Source: an uncultured Pseudomonadales bacterium (GTDB taxonomy: Bacteria > Patescibacteriota > Microgenomatia > UBA1400 > PJMF01). Taken from it: a DNA stretch of 64,000 bases. How positions within the stretch are numbered: position 1 is the first letter of the stretch; each line of letters begins with the position of its first letter. The notes beneath the pieces are model-generated. The model was not told where the DNA came from. It saw only the letters and a list, made by a program, of their open reading frames with translations, and ran no database searches. A program made the position numbers and the translations under genes. The stretch covers positions 799-64,798 of the forward strand of contig CAZSJW010000006.1 of the NCBI GenBank assembly GCA_964607285.1, in the 5' to 3' direction. Shown here one piece after another: positions 58,739 to 64,000 of this stretch.

Positions 58739-59833
58739 ATGCGGCGTATCATAAACAGACCAAGACTTGTGCTTGCTCTATTTGCTTGCATAGTTTTTTT
58801 CATCACAGTATGGACCACCCTAACATTCTATCAACACAGAACAAGTGCAAAAACCTCTGACTTCCCTCCGTCTGAGGTCTTAGGAGTTGTATCTGCAGCA
58901 GAACCATCCATTCCAGATAACTTATCCACCCTGACAATCCTTTTGCTTGGATATGGTGGTGCAGGACATCAGGGCGGGTTATTAAGCGATGTCATTCAAC
59001 TCATACACATTAATTTTGAAGACAAGTACATCTCGGCAATATCAATTCCCAGGGATATTTGGGTAGAGCTACCGAACGGAACAGCAGGAAAAATAAATGG
59101 AGCATTTTCCATAGGTGGAAGTGGTTCCGAAAGCACAGCAAGTGGTGGAGAGATTGCCATTGCTATGGCCGAGGTCGTGACTGGACTAGACATACAGTAC
59201 TATGCGGCCGTCGATTTTGTAGGATTTGAACGACTAATTGGAGAAACACTAGATGGTATTGAGGTCACGGTAACAGAACCATTTGAGGATCCCTGGTACC
59301 CAATCCGAGGAAAGGAACTTGAACCCTGTGGGTACACCCCTGAAGAAATTGCTGATATTACTAATACGTTCTCAGGTTTTGAACTAGAAAAACAGTTTCC
59401 CTGTCGGTACGAGCATCTTTCATTTCCTCCAGGAAAAACATCAATGGAAGGTGGTGATGCTCTTAAATATGTTCGTTCACGACATGGCTCAAGTGGCGGC
59501 GATTTTTCGAGAAGTCGCCGACAGCATGATCTTTTGCTAGCAGTAAGGGATAAACTTTTTAGCCTAGAAGTTATTCAAAATATTCCTGAATTCTTTCAAA
59601 AAATTACTAAACAGGTTTCTACAAACATGAGTCTTGAGATAGCTCAATATGTTGCTCCAGCACTGCGCACCAGTGACACTTTCACCACCCAAGGGATAGT
59701 ACTAAGTACAGAAAATGTGTTGCAAAATGGCAAATCGAACAGCGGACAATACATTTTACTCCCGAAGCAAGGAGCGAATGACTGGTCTGGAGTACACTCT
59801 TTTGTAAAAGAGAATTTACACACTAATCAATAA
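58739..59833 (+). CDS. LCP (LytR-CpsA-Psr) family glycopolymer transferase
   Basis: ILLLGYGG, LSDVI, ISIPRD, KIN, VDFVGF, ALKYVRSRH, DFSRSRRQ. Confidence 0.92.
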   Translation: MRRIINRPRLVLALFACIVFFITVWTTLTFYQHRTSAKTSDFPPSEVLGVVSAAEPSIPDNLSTLTILLLGYGGAGHQGGLLSDVIQLIHINFEDKYISAISIPRDIWVELPNGTAGKINGAFSIGGSGSESTASGGEIAIAMAEVVTGLDIQYYAAVDFVGFERLIGETLDGIEVTVTEPFEDPWYPIRGKELEPCGYTPEEIADITNTFSGFELEKQFPCRYEHLSFPPGKTSMEGGDALKYVRSRHGSSGGDFSRSRRQHDLLLAVRDKLFSLEVIQNIPEFFQKITKQVSTNMSLEIAQYVAPALRTSDTFTTQGIVLSTENVLQNGKSNSGQYILLPKQGANDWSGVHSFVKENLHTNQ

Positions 59834-59845
59834 CAATACAACACT

Positions 59846-60376
59846 ATGACTTTGCTCATATTTCCTGTAGCTATTTTTTTTGCTTATCTGGCACTATCTG
59901 TTGGCAAAGTATTACTTTCTAGGAGCACTTTACTGCATGGACCTGTGTTCGTCCCGAGCACGCATGCCATGCAACATACCATGTGTAAACTTTCAGCACT
60001 TAAACCAAATCAACTAGCTATTGATCTTGGCTCGGGGGATGGTAGCTTAGTGATTGCATTGGCAAATGCATACCCCAAAAATTCTATAGTGGGTATCGAA
60101 ATAAATCCCCTACTTGTACTGCAAAGTCGCAAAAAAATTCGTGAGGTTGGGCTTGATCATCGCATCAGCATACTTGCGAGCAGCATGTGGAACATAGATC
60201 TGCAAACGTATGATGTGGTTCTCATCTACGGAGCACAACAAATCATGCCGAAACTAGAAAAAAAGGTCCGTGCTGAAATGAAACCTGGTTCAAAAATCGT
60301 TTCTAGCGTATTTACGTTTCCCACCCTTACTCCAACTAGAACTACTGAATGTGTGTATCAGTATGTTCTTCACTGA
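59846..60376 (+). CDS. Class I SAM-dependent methyltransferase with an N-terminal TM
   Basis: GPVFVPS, IDLGSGDG, GIEINP, LEKK...EMKPGSKIVS..F. Confidence 0.85.
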   Translation: MTLLIFPVAIFFAYLALSVGKVLLSRSTLLHGPVFVPSTHAMQHTMCKLSALKPNQLAIDLGSGDGSLVIALANAYPKNSIVGIEINPLLVLQSRKKIREVGLDHRISILASSMWNIDLQTYDVVLIYGAQQIMPKLEKKVRAEMKPGSKIVSSVFTFPTLTPTRTTECVYQYVLH

Positions 60377-60747
60377 ATTGATTTGGGTGGAGTCTTGGGT
60401 GGAGTCTTTTGATCATCATTTTTTAGCTCACTGGGGTGCTCAAAGAATCGTTGTAACACTGTGTCGGGATCTCCTCCTAGAGAACGAATAGTTTGTGCAT
60501 TTTTGTCTATGGCAAGCTGAAGTTCCACATCCTGGTCATCAGTCAGCTTTCCGTTCTCCTTCAGTTGCTTACGCGTAAGCAAGGTCATCAGCATCTGCAT
60601 CGTAGCTGCTTCAACTTGCAGTGACTCAGCAAGCGCTCGTCTGGCACGATCAGGCCTAAATACATACTTTACTTGCTCTACCAGCCTTTTTAGAGAGCTC
60701 GAAAAAGTAGTAGGGCGATCTTCTTCATGTAAACCTTCATGTTTCAT
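60370..60747 (-). CDS. Hypothetical protein
   Basis: 125 aa helical ORF; TGGTAGTAT -10 element upstream. Confidence 0.55.
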   Translation of the reverse strand: MKHEGLHEEDRPTTFSSSLKRLVEQVKYVFRPDRARRALAESLQVEAATMQMLMTLLTRKQLKENGKLTDDQDVELQLAIDKNAQTIRSLGGDPDTVLQRFFEHPSELKNDDQKTPPKTPPKSIQ

Positions 60748-60786
60748 AGTGTGACTGATACTACCATATTTTTTTACCTGGTGTCA

Positions 60787-62286
60787 TCATGAAATAAAAC
60801 CGTCAGCTCTTAGTTGTGCTAATCCAAGTCGCATGGATATATTGTCTGCACCCATGTCCAGATAAGATTGCACAAGTTGGATTTCCTCTTCTACTAGTTG
60901 CTGAAAATACTTTTTGTATGACTCTGATACTTTTTCGTACTCACCTCCTGAGTCATGAATGATTTTTTTAAGCATACCAACAACTCTCAAAAATGCTCTG
61001 TGTGGGTCTTCTGTCACCACTTTCACTCTAGATGTTTCATGCCCATCTTTGATTGCAGTTATACGTAACCGCGTATTTGGATAAACTTCCCAGGGAAATA
61101 CATTCGCAAAATCATTGGGTTTTTCAGTGTGTTGTGGGATAGTAAAAATTTGAGTTCCATCATCTGTTTTCTCTTCAATTGGAAAGCGAAGTTCTCCCAT
61201 TTGCCGCTCATTTGATGAGGCTTGCATTATCACCCCTTCTAAAGCATCAATCTTAATAAGAACATCATCTCGGCAGTTAGGGCCCAATATGTCCCACTCT
61301 GTTATCTGCATGCTTTCTGCTTCCCATTGCTTGCCTGCTCGGGCAACGTTCTCATGTCTGTTATCAGAAATGTAGACAGTCTCAGAATCAAAAATGTCTG
61401 GACCATATAAAGCAAACACTATCTTTTCTATCGACTCAACTCTTTTTTTATTTGCATTCGTTTTGGAAATCCTAAACTTGTTGTGTTGGTTAATCTCCTT
61501 TCCCTGTAACTTCTTATGAAGCTCATTTATAAAGTTGAGAATTCTCATCTCTTCGCCGATGGGAACAGCTGTTGAAGAATATAAGTACCTAGGCTTACCG
61601 CTAACAATCCCCCAATACGCATTCGCCATATCACAATAATCACGTTCACTGCCATCCGCACTCTGCCACTTTGCATCAAATGGATCTGAACCCCAATACA
61701 AGCAGTCAGAGTATGTGATATTCACTCCTGCAGTAAGTTCTTTATTCTCAGCAAAATACTGGACTACCTGTAAAACAGAATTGAACTGCATCTTTTTTTC
61801 AATCGGACCTTTTTCCGCAAGCGCGCAAAATGAACAACGAACTGTACACGTGCTATTGATTTCAATAATCATGCAAGACTCATTTGCTATGCTTTTCTTC
61901 ACTACTTCAGGTAATCTGCCCCATGATCCTTCTGGTGCTGCAATATCAATTTCAGGAGATACGGCCCGTGAATGAATCACCCTCTCCATTATGGGCGTAA
62001 CTTGAATATCTGAAATCACTCGCCATCCTTTGTGATTTCTTCTAGGTATCAAATCATTAAGTGCTTCAACTGCCTTCAAATATGCATGAGCGGAAATTTC
62101 TCTAGAAAGTAATCTGTTTGTAAGTTTGTCAAAAATGTTTACAGCTATACTCTGATCTTTAGCATGATTAAACAAGTCAGCTCTTACAGTTCTATCTATA
62201 ACCTCCTCAAGCAGCTGCTTATGTGCAAAGCCTGTTTCTGCTGATAGCAGAATGCTAGGTTCGATCAACTGTATGTCGTTTTCCAT
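60787..62286 (-). CDS. Divergent radical-SAM-like protein
   Basis: IEINSTCTVRCSFC (CxxxCxxC), later YWGSDPF; start taken at ATG 62286. Confidence 0.65.
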   Translation of the reverse strand: MENDIQLIEPSILLSAETGFAHKQLLEEVIDRTVRADLFNHAKDQSIAVNIFDKLTNRLLSREISAHAYLKAVEALNDLIPRRNHKGWRVISDIQVTPIMERVIHSRAVSPEIDIAAPEGSWGRLPEVVKKSIANESCMIIEINSTCTVRCSFCALAEKGPIEKKMQFNSVLQVVQYFAENKELTAGVNITYSDCLYWGSDPFDAKWQSADGSERDYCDMANAYWGIVSGKPRYLYSSTAVPIGEEMRILNFINELHKKLQGKEINQHNKFRISKTNANKKRVESIEKIVFALYGPDIFDSETVYISDNRHENVARAGKQWEAESMQITEWDILGPNCRDDVLIKIDALEGVIMQASSNERQMGELRFPIEEKTDDGTQIFTIPQHTEKPNDFANVFPWEVYPNTRLRITAIKDGHETSRVKVVTEDPHRAFLRVVGMLKKIIHDSGGEYEKVSESYKKYFQQLVEEEIQLVQSYLDMGADNISMRLGLAQLRADGFIS

Positions 62287-62421
62287 AGTAGACCTTCGAA
62301 TATTCGGCGTACCCTTACATACTGTATGTCTAGCAAAATACACGGATCGGGAGAAGTATTAGAACTGGAATTTAAACAGTAAACTTCAGAGTTTTTTCAA
62401 ACGAACCATACAACCTTTACA

Positions 62422-63722
62422 TTATTTCCCACCAGCATATCGATCACTCAATAACTTGTAAGCAGGTGACCTCATTGCGAACAAAGTAACTAGTAAACCA
62501 ATCATACCCGTCAAACTAAACACCAAAGCGATTCCCCTACCAGTCCCAACTCCATACCAGGCACCAATTAACTCAGCCCCCCTTCCATCAGTCATGAAAG
62601 GGATAAAAATATACTGTGTAATTGGTCCAATCATAAATGCAGTAAGAGGGGCAGCTGCCTGCTCTACACTATGTGCAAAACCAAACACTCTGCCTTGCCG
62701 CTCATGCGGGACTACTTTTTGAATAATTGTTTGCTCTGTGGCCTCAATGAAGGGCATCAAGGTAATCCAAATCATAATTCCAACTACAAGTAACACAATG
62801 GACGGTTGGATTGTAAAGAATATACAAACTGTCCAGGTCATAATATTGATACGAAATAAGTTGCGCACGGGCTTTGTGCCCAAACCTCTTTTAGCTATAA
62901 TCAACCCACCCAGAATAAATCCCATGTTTAGAAAACCCCACAGAAATCCCCACAAATGTACGGAAACAAGCGACAATCCATAGGCATCCATAAGTGCCAT
63001 AAACGCACCCCCTAAAAGTTGTTAAATGTCGTAAAGAATATTAGTGGAAACAATCCAGGTATAGCTCGAATAGCTTTTATTGTGCCCGCATTATCCACCC
63101 TACCTTCTTTTGCAGTATATTCAGTATGCAGAATCTTCTTTTCTTTGAATTGGATCAATTGCAGCGTTGCAATAGCAACCAAGGTTAGCACGACTGCTTT
63201 AACGAGCACCCAAAACATACCTGCAAACGCAAGAGTCACCCCACTTGCTACTGATGTGATTGCAAATGACACACCCATAACTGTGCCAAACAAACCATTC
63301 GCTTTATCATGACTATCCTCGGGCACTAGTACTCTAACTAAAGTAGGTACAGCTATGCCAATGACATTGCCCGCAATAACCCCAACCATCAATACAAATA
63401 CTAATAACCACAAAAGTGGACTGGCTATATTGCTAAAAACGTCTACTGGGGTGATGGAATATAGTGCCAAACCAACACTGAACATCACAAGCGTACATAT
63501 ATTGGCACCCTGTAAAACCAACTTCTGTTTGTTATGGTCAACAATGGATCCTAACCAAAAACCAGAGAGTGCTGTGGCTAGCAAGTAAATTCCTCCAATC
63601 ATAGCAGTGGAGACAACTGACATAGTTTCTAAGTAAATCCAAAAGGTCAGGGCAAACCACACAAACGAGTTCTTGGTACTAACCAGCAAGGCATTGGCTT
63701 ATAACTAGTAGAAAGTGTTCAT
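62422..63722 (-). pseudogene. DHA3/MefA-like MFS transporter, disrupted by two in-frame stops and one frameshift
   Basis: ATG 63722 reads MNTFY*L*ANALLVSTK...; ORFs 63012-63689 and 62422-63000 join if one T is added at AACTTTTAGGGGG (giving NNFLGGAFMAL). Confidence 0.8.
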
Positions 63723-63818
63723 ATGAATAAGAAATGGCAAACAGACACGGTGAGAGTGTACCAAAAAAGCAACTATTATGATACTTGGTGAATAGAGTCA
63801 CTACTTGATGATGCACTG

Positions 63819-64000
63819 TTACCAAAACTTAAGTTTCTGAAAAAAATTAGAAACTGCATGTAGCAGCCACTGCGAACGTGAAAGTTCTTTTGGTGGAACA
63901 ATATCCTCCTCAGATACAGCCACTGGAACAACGCTTGGTGCAACCACTTCCAAAATGTCTGATGCGGTTGCTGTTGGTGATGCTGAGATACTCAGCTGTT
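63819..64000 (-). CDS. C-terminal end of a gene entering from beyond the window
   Basis: ...QLSISASPTATASDILEVVAPSVVPVAVSEEDIVPPKELSRSQWLLHAVSNFFQKLKFW*. Confidence 0.55.
   Translation of the reverse strand, partial: QLSISASPTATASDILEVVAPSVVPVAVSEEDIVPPKELSRSQWLLHAVSNFFQKLKFW

Noticed and set aside
60384-60407. Tandem repeat TGGGTGGAGTCT x2
   Set aside because: Only two copies, encoding a low-complexity KTPPKTPP tail.
63690-63722. In-frame TAG/TAA as a sign of stop-codon reassignment
   Set aside because: TAA, TAG and TGA all terminate conserved genes at the expected positions in this window (rpsL TAA, rpoC TAG, OFOR alpha TGA), and long genes contain no internal stops.
1-64000. tRNA, rRNA, IS elements or introns
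   Set aside because: Intergenic gaps were read and show no cloverleaf or T-loop signatures, terminal inverted repeats or transposase ORFs; a covariance-model scan was not possible.

Overview
Bacterial chromosome segment in standard genetic code 11 (TAA, TAG and TGA all serve as stops). It is most likely from a Patescibacteria/CPR genome of the Microgenomates type. This is an inference from the gene order rpoB-rpoC-rpsL-rpsG-fusA without rplKAJL, a C-terminally short AlaRS, an alaS/baseplate-J-like/sortase/ruvX/mltG block, and fermentative OFOR plus ADP-forming acetate-CoA ligase. Most housekeeping genes lie on the minus strand. Layout: 1-10.5 kb core translation/transcription genes; 10.7-20.5 kb envelope and translation genes; 20.5-23.1 kb a SET-domain gene plus two Ddl-like ATP-grasp genes; 23-41.6 kb metabolism (COG0523 GTPase, NUDIX, citryl-CoA lyase-like, P-type ATPase, flavodoxin-OFOR-ACD), interrupted by two large plus-strand orphans; 41.6-43.9 kb a BlaI/M56/DsbA module with paired operators; 44-64 kb an accessory region (transporters, regulators, a surface protein, an extra sigma-70, an orphan radical SAM protein and several gene relics). 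No rRNA, tRNA, CRISPR array, transposase or phage module was seen. Best leads: the BlaI-M56-DsbA regulon with a TACTAC-N5-GTAGTA operator, widespread leaderless promoter architecture, a structured rpoB 5' leader, a remodelled rifampicin pocket and acidic tail in RpoB, the SET/ATP-grasp cluster, and an msrB relic with a microhomology deletion. All calls come from reading motifs by eye; no searches were run.
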